From Beijerinckiaceae bacterium (GTDB lineage: Bacteria; Pseudomonadota; Alphaproteobacteria; Rhizobiales; Beijerinckiaceae), in contig JAPZSB010000008.1 of the NCBI GenBank assembly GCA_027531565.1, forward strand, positions 148,350 through 212,349: DNA of 64,000 bases, in the 5' to 3' direction. A program made the translations under genes and the position numbers. The notes beneath the pieces are model-generated. The model ran no database searches and was not told where the DNA came from. It saw only the letters and a list, made by a program, of their open reading frames with translations. Of the stretch, positions 18,254 to 27,694 are shown piece by piece. Positions within the stretch are counted from its first letter, which is position 1. Every line of letters starts with the position of its first letter.

Positions 18254-18979
18254 ATGAAGCGCGTTCTGGTCATCAATCCGAATACCCGGGTCGACATGAC
18301 AGCCATGGTCGTCGATGCGGCACGCCTCGCCTTGCCGGGAGTCGATATCCGGCCGGCGACGGGGCGGTTCGGCGGGCTCTACATTGCCAGCCGGGCAGCC
18401 TTCGCGATTGCCGGCCATGCTGCGCTCGAGGCTTTTGCGGAGAATGCCGAAGGCTGCGACGTGGTGTTGCTCGCCTGTTTCGGCGATCCCGGGCTCGATG
18501 CCCTGCGCGAGATCTCTCCCTTCCCGGTGATCGGACTGGTGGAGGCAGCGGCAATCGAAGCCTCGGCCGGTGGCGCGCGCTATGCCATCGTGACCGGCGG
18601 CCTGCGCTGGGGTCCGATGCTCGAGGAAATGGTCCGCCTGCGTCGGCTCGATGCGACCCTGGCCGGCATCCATACAATTCCGCCGACCGGGGGCGCTATC
18701 GCTTCGGATCCGGATGCGTTCCGCGATGTTCTCGCCGAAGCCTGCCGCCATTGCGTCGAAGCCTTCGGCGCCGAGCGCGTCATCCTAGGCGGGGCCGGCC
18801 TGATCGGCCTTGCCGCCCGGGTGCAGCCGCTCGTGGAGGTCCCGGTCATCTGCTCGGTCGAGGCGGGGTTCCGGGCGGTTGCGGCGGCGTTGGCCGCCCC
18901 GCCCGGTGCCATGCACGCGCCGAAGCCCGACGGCGTCGCCTCGATCGGCCTGACGGAAGCCCTTGCGCGGTATCTCTGA
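18254..18979 (+). CDS. Asp/Glu/hydantoin racemase family protein
   Basis: MKRVLVINPNT..VLLACFGDPGLDALRE..VIGL..ILGGAGL is the pattern of the Asp/Glu/hydantoin racemase family. It is the real part of the long ORF 15959..18979. Confidence 0.8.
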   Translation: MKRVLVINPNTRVDMTAMVVDAARLALPGVDIRPATGRFGGLYIASRAAFAIAGHAALEAFAENAEGCDVVLLACFGDPGLDALREISPFPVIGLVEAAAIEASAGGARYAIVTGGLRWGPMLEEMVRLRRLDATLAGIHTIPPTGGAIASDPDAFRDVLAEACRHCVEAFGAERVILGGAGLIGLAARVQPLVEVPVICSVEAGFRAVAAALAAPPGAMHAPKPDGVASIGLTEALARYL

Positions 18980-18996
18980 AGCGGCATGATGGCGGG

Positions 18997-19230
18997 ATGG
19001 CAACCGTGGTCTTCACCATCCTCGCCTTTTTCGCCGGCCTGATCGGGGGATGGGTGCTGGGCATGGCGGCCTATATCCTCCAGACCACGATGTTCGGCGT
19101 GGTCGACAGGGATGGCGGGCTCGCCATGGGCTATGCCTTCACCATCGGGCCATTCCTCGGCCTGATCCTCGGCACGGTCTTCGCGGTGCTGACGGCGCGC
19201 CGGATGCGCCGCGAGAAAGCCGGCCGCTGA
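18997..19230 (+). CDS. Small hypothetical membrane protein
   Basis: 77-aa ORF with two predicted hydrophobic helices and a basic tail (RRMRREKAGR). No recognisable family. Confidence 0.4.
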   Translation: MATVVFTILAFFAGLIGGWVLGMAAYILQTTMFGVVDRDGGLAMGYAFTIGPFLGLILGTVFAVLTARRMRREKAGR

Positions 19231-19233
19231 CGC

Positions 19234-19788
19234 TCAGAGGCTGGCTGCCGCGCGGGCAGCCTGATCGTAATGGCCGGACAGCGCGCGCATGCGCTGCGCG
19301 ACATCGTGGAGCACCGCCTCGTCCAGCCCCAGCGAGCGCACGGCCCTCACCAGCAAGGCCTCGCGGATCTCGCGATAGGCAAGGCAGGCTTTCTCGCCGG
19401 CCTCGGTGATCGTCACCGTCTTCTCCTTGCCTGCCCGGCCGGCTTTCAGCAGCTTGAGCCGCTCCAGCTTCTTCAGTGCATAGGAGACGGTATGGGTGTC
19501 CTCGACATTCAGCACGAGGCAGATATCGGCCAGTTTCTTGGCCCGCCCGCGATGATTGACGGTGTGAAGCACCAGCACGTCGAGCGGCGAGAGATCCTTC
19601 ACCCCCGCCGCCGCCATGCAGCGCACCATCCAGCGGTCGAAGGCATGCCCGACCAGGATGAGCCCGAACTCGAATTCCGACAGAGCCGGGCTGGCGCCGG
19701 AGGCCAGATGCGCCGAGGACACGATCGGACCGAGCAGGCTGGTGATCGGGGCCTGCGGCTCCGGCGCTGCGGTCTTTTCGTTCGCCAT
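19234..19788 (-). CDS. MarR-like winged-helix transcriptional regulator
   Basis: 184 aa. LSPLDVLVLHTVNHRGRAKKLADICLVLNVEDTHTVSYALKKLERLKLL is a wHTH. Last gene of the TRAP operon. Confidence 0.75.
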   Translation of the reverse strand: MANEKTAAPEPQAPITSLLGPIVSSAHLASGASPALSEFEFGLILVGHAFDRWMVRCMAAAGVKDLSPLDVLVLHTVNHRGRAKKLADICLVLNVEDTHTVSYALKKLERLKLLKAGRAGKEKTVTITEAGEKACLAYREIREALLVRAVRSLGLDEAVLHDVAQRMRALSGHYDQAARAAASL

Positions 19789-19808
19789 CGGCGCACCTCC
19801 TTTTCGTG

Positions 19809-21116
19809 TTACTTCTGCCCCAGCATCTGGTTCGGCAACCAGGTCACGAGGTCCGGCACCAGGATCACGACGAATACCATCGCCACCATGGCCAGGAAGA
19901 AAGGCAGGGCTGCCAGCGCGATATAGCCCATGCTGCGGCCCGTCAATCCTTGCAGGACGAACAGGTTGAAGCCGACCGGCGGCGTGATCTGTGCCATCTC
20001 GACAACCAGCACCACGAAGATGCCGAACCAGACGAGATCGATCCCCACCGCCTTGACGGCCGGCATCACCACCGCCGCCGTCAGCACCACCATCGAGATG
20101 CCGTCGATCAGGCAGCCGAGGATCATGTACACGATCATCAGCGCCAGGATCAGCTGGAACTGGCTGAGGCCGAGCGTGTTGATCCATTCCGCGAAGATGC
20201 GCGGCAGCCCGGTGAAGCCCATCGCGACCGTCAGGAAGGACGCGCCCGCCAGGATGATGCCGATCATCGCATTGGTGCGCACCGCGCCCATCACGCTGTC
20301 ATTGAGCATCTTCCAGGAGAAGGTGCCGGTCAGGACCGTGAGCAGGAGCGAGCCCACCACGCCCAGCACGGCGCTTTCGGTCGGCGTGGCGATCCCGGTA
20401 TAGATCGAGCCGAGCACGATGATGATCAGGCCGACGATCGGGATGAGCCGGCGGCTTTCGCTGAGCTTCTGCATGAAGGTCATCGGCGCATCCGGCGGCG
20501 GCACCTTCGACGGGTTCATGAGCGCCCAGGTGATGAGGACACCGGAGAAGACCAGCATCAGCACGATGCCGGGGATGATGCCGGCAATGAACAGCCGGGC
20601 GATCGAGACCTCGGCCGCCACCCCGTAGACGATCAGGATGATCGAGGGCGGGATCAGCAGGCCGAGCGTGCCGGACCCGGCAAGGCTGCCGATATTCATG
20701 AAATCGTCGTAGCCGCGCTTGCGCAGCTCCGGGATCGTCATCCGCCCGATCGTGGCGGCGGTGGCGGCCGATGAGCCGGAAATGGCCGCGAAGATGCCGC
20801 AGCCGAACACGTTGGTATGGAGCAGGCGGCCGGGAAGGCGCTGCATCCACGGCGCGAGGCCCTTGAACATGTCATCGGAAAGCGACGACCGGAACAGGAT
20901 CTCGCCCATCCAGATGAACATCGGCAGGGCAGTCAGAGTCCAGGAATTCATCGAACCCCAGATCGTCGTGGCGAAGGACAGGGCGGGGTCCTTCCCGGAA
21001 ATGAAGGCCAGCGAGAAGAAGCCGACGAAGCCGAGGCCGAGGCCGATCCAGACGCCTGTGGCCAGGCACAGGAACATCAGGCCGATCAGAAAGAGGGAAG
21101 CGGTTGCGGGATCCAT
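19809..21116 (-). CDS. TRAP transporter large permease (DctM family)
   Basis: About 435-aa polytopic protein starting at MDPATASLFLIGLMFLCLATG. Typical DctM composition. Confidence 0.9.
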   Translation of the reverse strand: MDPATASLFLIGLMFLCLATGVWIGLGLGFVGFFSLAFISGKDPALSFATTIWGSMNSWTLTALPMFIWMGEILFRSSLSDDMFKGLAPWMQRLPGRLLHTNVFGCGIFAAISGSSAATAATIGRMTIPELRKRGYDDFMNIGSLAGSGTLGLLIPPSIILIVYGVAAEVSIARLFIAGIIPGIVLMLVFSGVLITWALMNPSKVPPPDAPMTFMQKLSESRRLIPIVGLIIIVLGSIYTGIATPTESAVLGVVGSLLLTVLTGTFSWKMLNDSVMGAVRTNAMIGIILAGASFLTVAMGFTGLPRIFAEWINTLGLSQFQLILALMIVYMILGCLIDGISMVVLTAAVVMPAVKAVGIDLVWFGIFVVLVVEMAQITPPVGFNLFVLQGLTGRSMGYIALAALPFFLAMVAMVFVVILVPDLVTWLPNQMLGQK

Positions 21117-21123
21117 GGAAGCC

Positions 21124-21654
21124 TCACTTCTCGACCGGCATGTCGTCGCCGGCCGCGGCATGGGCGAGATGGCTCTGCGTGCCGCCCATGAGGTCGGTCA
21201 CGAGGTCGTCGACCAGCGCGATGAAAAACACGATGAAGCCGAAAGCCATCAACGTCTGCGGGTACCAGAGCTTGATCGGCAGGAGGCCCTGGCTGACCTC
21301 GTTGTAGATGTAGCTCTCATAGACAAAATGGATGCAGTTCCATGCAGCCCAGCCGACAAGCACGGCCGAAACGGCGGTCACGACGCGTTCGAGCAGCTTC
21401 CGCGCCGGCGTCCCGAGGGCGAAGCGCTCGATCAGCAGGCTGACGCGGATATGCGCGTTGTGGCGATAGGTCGGGGCGAGGCCCACGATGGTGGTGGCCA
21501 CCAGCGCGAAACCGGCGAAATCGTCGGCGGATTGCAGTTGCGATCCGAAGGCACGCAAGGACACTTGCGCAAGGATGAGGCCGGCAATCGCGATCAGGCT
21601 CGCCGCCGCAATCCAGGCCGTCAACAGATACAGGGCATCGAGCGCGCGTCGCAT
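21124..21654 (-). CDS. TRAP transporter small permease (DctQ family)
   Basis: 176-aa protein with 4 TM helices, MRRALDALYLLTAWIAAASLIAIAG.., placed between the DctP and DctM genes. Confidence 0.85.
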   Translation of the reverse strand: MRRALDALYLLTAWIAAASLIAIAGLILAQVSLRAFGSQLQSADDFAGFALVATTIVGLAPTYRHNAHIRVSLLIERFALGTPARKLLERVVTAVSAVLVGWAAWNCIHFVYESYIYNEVSQGLLPIKLWYPQTLMAFGFIVFFIALVDDLVTDLMGGTQSHLAHAAAGDDMPVEK

Positions 21655-21745
21655 GGCGGCCTCCGCGTTGAAATGTCGTCAGGGAAGGAAAACCAACCCT
21701 GCGGCACGGGCTGCGCCGCAGGGTCAGCCTCGGGAGAGAGGCGGC

Positions 21746-22717
21746 TTATTTCTTGAAATCGGCCACCAGCTTGGCGCCGTCCGGACCGGCCTTTTCAGCC
21801 CATTCCTTGGCCATGGTCTCGCCGATCTTCTGGATCTCGGCCTTCATGGCGGCCGTGGCCGGGATGACCTTCACGCCCTTGTCGGCGAGGGTCTTCTTGT
21901 AGCCTTCGTTGAGCTCCTCGCTCTTCTTCCAGCCCCGGTCCTCGGCGCGGGCGGCGGCTTCGAGCACGCCCTTCTTCACGTCGGCCGGCAGCGCGTCGAA
22001 CGCCTTCTTGTTCACGAAAACGAGGTTCTGCGGCAGGAAGGCCTGCGTGTCATAGTAATGCGTGAGATAGTCCCAGGCCTGCTGGTCGACGCCGGTGGCA
22101 CCCGAGGTGATCATCGCGTCCAGCACGCCGGTGCGGAAGGCCTGAGCGATTTCCGGCACCTGGATCGTCGTCGGAACCGCGCCGATCAGCTGCGCGAACC
22201 GGGCGGTGGCCGGGTTGAACGAGCGGAACTTGGTACCCTTCAGATCGGCCAGCGCATTGATCGGCGCCTTCGTGTAGACGCCCTGCGGCGGCCAGGCCAC
22301 CGAATAGAGATACATCATGCCCTGCTTTTCGAGGCGGGCGGCGATGGCCGGCTTGGCGAGATTGTGCAGCTTGCGCGCCTCGGCATAGGACGGGGCCAGA
22401 CCCGGGACCGATTCAAAGCCGAACATCGCATCTTCGTTCGCCAGCACCGAGATCAGGATCTCGCCGATCGGCGCCTGGCCCGACTGGATGGCGCGCTTCA
22501 TTTCCGGCATCTTTACGAGGCTGGCATTGGAATGCACCGTGATCTGCAGCTTGTCGCCGGTGGACTTGGCCACATCGGCCACGAATTCACGCACATTCAC
22601 CGTCTGGAACGTACCGTCCGAATAGGGGGTCGGCATGTCCCATTTCGTCTGCGCATTCGCCGAGCCGGCGAGGAGGGCAAAGCCGGCCGAAGCCAGCAGC
22701 ATGGTCGTCGTCTTCAT
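21746..22717 (-). CDS. TRAP transporter substrate-binding protein (DctP family)
   Basis: Signal peptide MKTTTMLLASAGFALLAGSANAQ, then a DctP-like core. Confidence 0.88.
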   Translation of the reverse strand: MKTTTMLLASAGFALLAGSANAQTKWDMPTPYSDGTFQTVNVREFVADVAKSTGDKLQITVHSNASLVKMPEMKRAIQSGQAPIGEILISVLANEDAMFGFESVPGLAPSYAEARKLHNLAKPAIAARLEKQGMMYLYSVAWPPQGVYTKAPINALADLKGTKFRSFNPATARFAQLIGAVPTTIQVPEIAQAFRTGVLDAMITSGATGVDQQAWDYLTHYYDTQAFLPQNLVFVNKKAFDALPADVKKGVLEAAARAEDRGWKKSEELNEGYKKTLADKGVKVIPATAAMKAEIQKIGETMAKEWAEKAGPDGAKLVADFKK

Positions 22718-22835
22718 CCCTGTTCTCCCATTTTGTGGCAACCGGCAGGGAAAGCCGGCATGCCAGAGCTTGTTTCACCGTCGGCCTTGCGGTCAACGGT
22801 CTGTGGCCGGACGCCCGGAGGCGGCCGGCCGTCCG

Positions 22836-23669
22836 TCACAACGCGGCAAGCCGCGAATTGCGCACATCGGTGATCAGCATCGATCCCGGGTAATGCGTGA
22901 TGGCGAAGTCGGGCCGGGCGGCTGCGATCACCGCCTGCGGTGTCACCCCGCAGGCCCAGAAGACCGGCAATTCGTCATCGTTGATCTCGACCGGGTCGCC
23001 GTAATCCGGCCGGGCGAGGTCCGTGATGCCGATCAGCTCGGGCTTGCCGAGATGGACCGGCGCACCATGCACGGCCGGAAAACGCGAGGTGATCTGCACC
23101 GCGCGGATCGCATCGGCGGGCTTCAGTGGCCGCATCGAGACGACCATCGGCCCGGCAAACGGCCCGGCGGGCGTGCAGGCGATCGACGTCCGGTACATCG
23201 CGACATTGCTGCCGCAGCTCACATGGCGGAGGGGAATGCCATCCTCGATCAGCGCTTCCTCGAAGGAGAAACTGCAGCCGATCACGAAGGCGACGAGGTC
23301 GTCACGCCAATGCGCGAGGAGATCGGTCGGCTCGTCGACCAGTTCCCCCTTCCGCCAGACACGGTAACGGGGAAGGTCGGTCCGGAGATCGATCCCGGCG
23401 CCGAGCATCGGCACATGCGGGCTGCCCGGCTCGCCCATGCCGATGATCGGGCAGGGCTTCGGGTTGAGCTGGGCGAAACGCAGGAAATCCGACGCGATGT
23501 CTTTCGGCAGGATGCAGAGATTGCCCTGGACCATGCCCGGCGCGAGGCCGCTGGTCGGGCCGGCATACTCGCCGGCGCGGATCACCCGGCGCGCAGCCTC
23601 GGCAGAAGCCCGGACATGGGCCGGCAGCGCCCGGGGCGCCTCGGCCACAGAACTCACCGCATGGCTCAT
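22836..23669 (-). CDS. UPF0317/DUF1445 putative hydro-lyase (D-glutamate cyclase-like)
   Basis: [53 protein letters not shown] is the characteristic DUF1445 pattern. GGGAG Shine-Dalgarno upstream. Confidence 0.85.
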   Translation of the reverse strand: MSHAVSSVAEAPRALPAHVRASAEAARRVIRAGEYAGPTSGLAPGMVQGNLCILPKDIASDFLRFAQLNPKPCPIIGMGEPGSPHVPMLGAGIDLRTDLPRYRVWRKGELVDEPTDLLAHWRDDLVAFVIGCSFSFEEALIEDGIPLRHVSCGSNVAMYRTSIACTPAGPFAGPMVVSMRPLKPADAIRAVQITSRFPAVHGAPVHLGKPELIGITDLARPDYGDPVEINDDELPVFWACGVTPQAVIAAARPDFAITHYPGSMLITDVRNSRLAAL

Positions 23670-23732
23670 GCGGATCTCCCTTCCTGTTCGTCCGGTCTTG
23701 ATGCCGGTTGAGGTTCACCGATCATCGGCGCC

Positions 23733-23810
23733 TGTGAATAAAGCTATCTCACATTTTCATCTTGTCAACAAATTATCGACGTTTTACATATGTGCCACAA
23801 GAACGGCACA
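23733..23810 (+). promoter_or_regulatory. Candidate promoter and operators for the oxoprolinase gene
   Basis: TGTGA-N11-TCACA at 23733-23753. TTGTCA-N17-TACATA at 23762-23790. TGTGCC-N8-GGCACA at 23791-23810. All lie in an AT-rich 156-bp divergent intergenic region. Confidence 0.45.
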
Positions 23811-23825
23811 ATCCGGGAGGCTGCG

Positions 23826-26800
23826 ATGTCCGCGACGAATAGGCCAAGCAACGAAAAAGTCTGGAATTTCTGGATCGATCGCGGGGGTACCTTCACCGAT
23901 GTGATCGGCTGTGATCCTGCTGGCAACCTGCATGCCAGGAAGATGCTGTCGGAAAATCCGCGCGTCTATCGGGACGCGGCAGTGCAGGGCATCCGCGAGC
24001 TTCTCGGCCTCGAAACCGGCGCGCCGATCCCCGCCGGGCTGGTCGGCGAAGTGCGCATGGGAACGACGGTGGCCACCAATGCCCTGCTCGAGCGCAAGGG
24101 CGAGCCCACCGTCCTGATCACGACCCGTGGCTTCCGCGATGCCCTCGAACTGGGCTATCAGGCGCGGCCGGATATCTTTGCCAAGGAAATCATCAAGCCG
24201 GAACTGCTCTATTCCGACGTTGTCGAGGTCGACGAGCGCATCCTGACGGACGGCACCGTGGAAACGCCGCTCGACGAAGCCGGAACGCGGAAGGCGCTGG
24301 AAGCGCTGAAGGCGCGCGGCGTCCAGGCTGTGGCGATCGTCTTCATGCACGCCTATCGCTACCCCGCCCATGAGCGGAAGGTGGCGGAAATGGCCCGGAC
24401 CCTCGGCTTCCCGCAGGTTTCGGTCAGCCATGAGGTCTCCCCGCTGGTCAAGCTGGTTGGCCGCGGCGATACCACGGTCGTCGATGCCTATCTCTCGCCG
24501 ATCCTGTCGCGCTATGTCCGCCAGGTCTCGGAGGAACTCGATGTCGACCGGACCGGCATCCGGCTGATGTTCATGATGTCCTCCGGTGGCCTGACCGCCG
24601 CCGAGCTGTTCCAGGGCAAGGATGCCATCCTCTCCGGCCCGGCGGGTGGCGTGGTGGCCCTCGCCGAGACCGGAAAATCCGCCGGTTTCGGCCGCGTCAT
24701 CGGCTTCGACATGGGCGGCACCTCGACCGATGTGGCCCATTATGACGGCGTGTTCGAGCGCGCCTTCGAGACCGAGGTGGCCGGCGTCCGCATGCGCGCG
24801 CCGATGATGCGCATCCATACGGTCGCGGCCGGTGGCGGCTCGATCCTGCATTTTGATGGCGCCCGTTTCCGCGTTGGCCCGGATTCCGCCGGCGCCAATC
24901 CCGGCCCGGCCTGCTACCGCAATGGCGGCCCGCTCGCCGTGACCGACGCGAATGTCATGGTCGGCAAGCTCAACCCGGATTTCTTCCCCGCGATTTTCGG
25001 CCCGAAGCGCGACGAGCGCCTCGATGTCGAAGCGGTGAAGGCGAAATTCGCCGAACTCGCCGCCAAGGTGCCCGGCAAGAGCGCCGAGGAAATCGCCGAC
25101 GGCTTCATCGCCATCGCCGTGATGAACATGGCCAATGCGATCAAGAAGATCTCGGTCGAGCGCGGCTATGATGTCACGCGCTACGCGCTCAACTGCTTCG
25201 GCGGGGCCGGCGGCCAGCATGCCTGCCTCGTGGCCGATCATCTCGGCATGACCGAAATCCTGATCCATCCCTATTCCGGCCTGCTCTCGGCCTACGGGAT
25301 GGGCCTTGCCTCGATCCGCGCGACGCGGCAGGTCGCCTCGGAAGTGCCGCTGGCCGGTGACGTGGCCGAGCATGTGCGCAAGGCCGAGACGACGATCGGC
25401 GCCGAAGCGGTGTCGGAAGTGGCAAAGCAGGGCATTGCGCGCGAGGCTGTCCGCCTCGTGATCGAGCTTCACCTGCGCTATGCCGGCACGGACAGCCCGA
25501 TCGAGATCACCTGGAAGCCGGGCGATGGCCCGCAGGCCCTCCGCTCGCGCTTCGAGAGCGCGCATCGCGCCCGGTTCGGCTTCACCGACAGCGCCAAGCC
25601 GGTCGTGATCGAGGCGATCTCGGTCGAGGCCATCGGCGGCGGCTCGGGCTTCGAGGAGCCGAGCGTGGCGGCGCCGGAGTCGAGCCCGGCGGCCCGCCAT
25701 CGGACGCGCTTCTTCAGCCAGGGCGCGTGGCAGGATGCGGCGATCCATCTCCGCGCCGATCTGAAGCCCGGCGCCCGCTTCATGGGCCCGGCCATCCTGA
25801 TCGAGCCGAACCAGACCATCGTGGTCGAGCCGGGCTGGGAGGCCCGCGTCACGCCGAAGGACCACGTTGTCCTGACCCGGCGCGAGGAACTCCGCCGCGC
25901 CAAGGCCATCGGCACGGAGGCCGATCCGGTGCTGCTGGAGATCTTCAACAACCTCTTCATGTCCATTGCCGAGCAGATGGGCGTGGCGCTGCAGAACACG
26001 GCCTATTCGGTCAACATCAAGGAGCGGCTGGATTTCTCCTGCGCCGTCTTCGACCATGAAGGCCGGCTCGTCGCGAATGCGCCGCACATGCCCGTGCATC
26101 TCGGTTCGATGGACCGCTCGGTCGAGAGCATCATCAAGGGCAATCCCGTCATCAAGCCGGGCGATGTCTACGCGATCAACGCTCCCTATAATGGCGGCAC
26201 GCATCTCCCCGACATCACGGTCTGCACGCCGGTCTTCGACCCCGAGGGCGAGAAGCTGCTCTTCTGGGTCGCCAGCCGCGGCCACCATGCCGATATCGGC
26301 GGGATCGCGCCGGGCTCGATGTCGCCGCTCGCGGTGAATATCGAGGAGGAAGGTGTCTATATCGACAATTTCAAGCTGGTCGATCAGGGCACGTTCCGCG
26401 AGGAAGCGCTGGTGAAGCTCCTGACCGGCGCGAAATATCCGGTCCGCAACGTGGTCCAGAACGTCAACGACCTGAAGGCGCAGATCGCCGCCAATGCCAA
26501 GGGTGTGGCGGAACTCGAGAAGATGATCGACGGGTTCGGCCTCGATGTCGTGCAGGCCTATATGGGCCATGTGCAGGACAATGCCGCCGAGAGCGTGGCG
26601 CGGGTCATCGCCCGGCTGCATGATTCCGTCTTCGAATACGAGATGGATCAGGGCTGCCGCATCAAGGTGAAGATCACGGTCGATCGCGAAAAGCGCGAGG
26701 CCACGGTCGATTTCACCGGCACCTCGCCGCAGCGCGACGACAATTTCAACGCGCCCGAGCCGGTAACCCGCGCAGCAGTGCTCTACGTGTTCCGCGTGAT

Positions 26801-27458
26801 GGTGGAGGACAGCATCCCGATGAATGCGGGCTGCCTCCGGCCGATCCGGATCATCGTGCCGCCGGGAACCATGCTCACGCCGAAATACCCGGCCGCCGTG
26901 GTGGCCGGGAATGTCGAGGTCAGCCAGGCTGTCACGAACTGCCTGTTCGGCGCGCTCGGCGCCATGGCCGGCGCCCAGGGCACCATGAACAACCTGACCT
27001 ATGGCAACGACAAGTATCAGTATTACGAAACGATCTGCTCCGGATCGCCCGCTGGCCCGGGCTGGCACGGAACGCCGGGCGTCCATACCCACATGACCAA
27101 CTCGCGCCTGACCGATCCCGAGATTCTCGAATTGCGGTTCCCGGTCGTCCTCGAGGATTTCCATATCCGCCGCGGCTCCGGCGGCGCCGGCAAGTGGCGG
27201 GGCGGCGATGGCACGCATCGACGCATCCGGTTCCTCGAGACGATGGATTGCGCGCTGCTCTCGGGTCATCGCCGGGTTCCGCCCTTCGGCCTCAAGGGCG
27301 GTGGCAATGGCCTAGTCGGCAGGAACAGCGTCCGCCGTCTCTCCGGCGAGATCGACGTGCTCAAGGGCTGCGACCAGACCGTGCTGCAGCCCGGCGAGGC
27401 GATCATCATCGAGACGCCGACCCCGGGCGGCTATGGTCGCGCGGAAGCGGCGGAATGA
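23826..27458 (+). CDS. 5-oxoprolinase (ATP-hydrolysing), fused hydantoinase A/B type
   Basis: About 1210 aa. N-terminal [14 protein letters not shown] and DMGGTSTDV (HyuA) and C-terminal HyuB-type half ([12 protein letters not shown]). GGGAGG Shine-Dalgarno 6 nt upstream of the ATG at 23826. Confidence 0.92.
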   Translation: MSATNRPSNEKVWNFWIDRGGTFTDVIGCDPAGNLHARKMLSENPRVYRDAAVQGIRELLGLETGAPIPAGLVGEVRMGTTVATNALLERKGEPTVLITTRGFRDALELGYQARPDIFAKEIIKPELLYSDVVEVDERILTDGTVETPLDEAGTRKALEALKARGVQAVAIVFMHAYRYPAHERKVAEMARTLGFPQVSVSHEVSPLVKLVGRGDTTVVDAYLSPILSRYVRQVSEELDVDRTGIRLMFMMSSGGLTAAELFQGKDAILSGPAGGVVALAETGKSAGFGRVIGFDMGGTSTDVAHYDGVFERAFETEVAGVRMRAPMMRIHTVAAGGGSILHFDGARFRVGPDSAGANPGPACYRNGGPLAVTDANVMVGKLNPDFFPAIFGPKRDERLDVEAVKAKFAELAAKVPGKSAEEIADGFIAIAVMNMANAIKKISVERGYDVTRYALNCFGGAGGQHACLVADHLGMTEILIHPYSGLLSAYGMGLASIRATRQVASEVPLAGDVAEHVRKAETTIGAEAVSEVAKQGIAREAVRLVIELHLRYAGTDSPIEITWKPGDGPQALRSRFESAHRARFGFTDSAKPVVIEAISVEAIGGGSGFEEPSVAAPESSPAARHRTRFFSQGAWQDAAIHLRADLKPGARFMGPAILIEPNQTIVVEPGWEARVTPKDHVVLTRREELRRAKAIGTEADPVLLEIFNNLFMSIAEQMGVALQNTAYSVNIKERLDFSCAVFDHEGRLVANAPHMPVHLGSMDRSVESIIKGNPVIKPGDVYAINAPYNGGTHLPDITVCTPVFDPEGEKLLFWVASRGHHADIGGIAPGSMSPLAVNIEEEGVYIDNFKLVDQGTFREEALVKLLTGAKYPVRNVVQNVNDLKAQIAANAKGVAELEKMIDGFGLDVVQAYMGHVQDNAAESVARVIARLHDSVFEYEMDQGCRIKVKITVDREKREATVDFTGTSPQRDDNFNAPEPVTRAAVLYVFRVMVEDSIPMNAGCLRPIRIIVPPGTMLTPKYPAAVVAGNVEVSQAVTNCLFGALGAMAGAQGTMNNLTYGNDKYQYYETICSGSPAGPGWHGTPGVHTHMTNSRLTDPEILELRFPVVLEDFHIRRGSGGAGKWRGGDGTHRRIRFLETMDCALLSGHRRVPPFGLKGGGNGLVGRNSVRRLSGEIDVLKGCDQTVLQPGEAIIIETPTPGGYGRAEAAE

Positions 27459-27464
27459 CATGAT

Positions 27465-27500
27465 GGCAGCGGCGCCCGGCCTGGTCCGGGCGCTGCTGCC
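27465..27500 (+). terminator. Strong GC hairpin just after the oxoprolinase stop
   Basis: 15-bp stem (one G-U) 27465-27479 with 27486-27500, 6-nt loop. No T-tract. Confidence 0.5.
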
Positions 27501-27580
27501 GCCTTCAGCCCGGAGGCCGGACATCCGATTTCCGTCAGCCCGGCCGGCTTTTGTTGATGGCCTCCCTGACCCTTCAAGAA

Positions 27581-27620
27581 TGCCGTCCTAGCCCGTGATG
27601 GACTAGGCGGCATTTTTGTT
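27581..27620 (+). terminator. Canonical intrinsic terminator
   Basis: tgccgtcctag / ctaggcggca stem (10 bp, 1-nt bulge), 11-nt loop, then tttttgtt. Confidence 0.65.
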
Positions 27621-27694
27621 GGGGAATCCGTTTTTCGGGTTGTCTGTCAGGAAGATGGCTGTTTCAATCCCGCGCGAGAACAGGGGTTGGGACC

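Noticed and set aside
23733-23753. TGTGA...TCACA as a CRP/Crp-Fnr binding site
   Set aside because: The half-sites match, but the spacer is 11 nt rather than the 6 nt of CRP-type sites. I kept it only as a generic inverted repeat.
23784-27269. 1161-aa ORF on the minus strand
   Set aside because: It is exactly antisense to the well-supported 5-oxoprolinase gene. Its translation is Arg/Ala/Gly/Asp-rich and low in complexity, with no recognisable motifs. This is a typical GC-rich shadow ORF.
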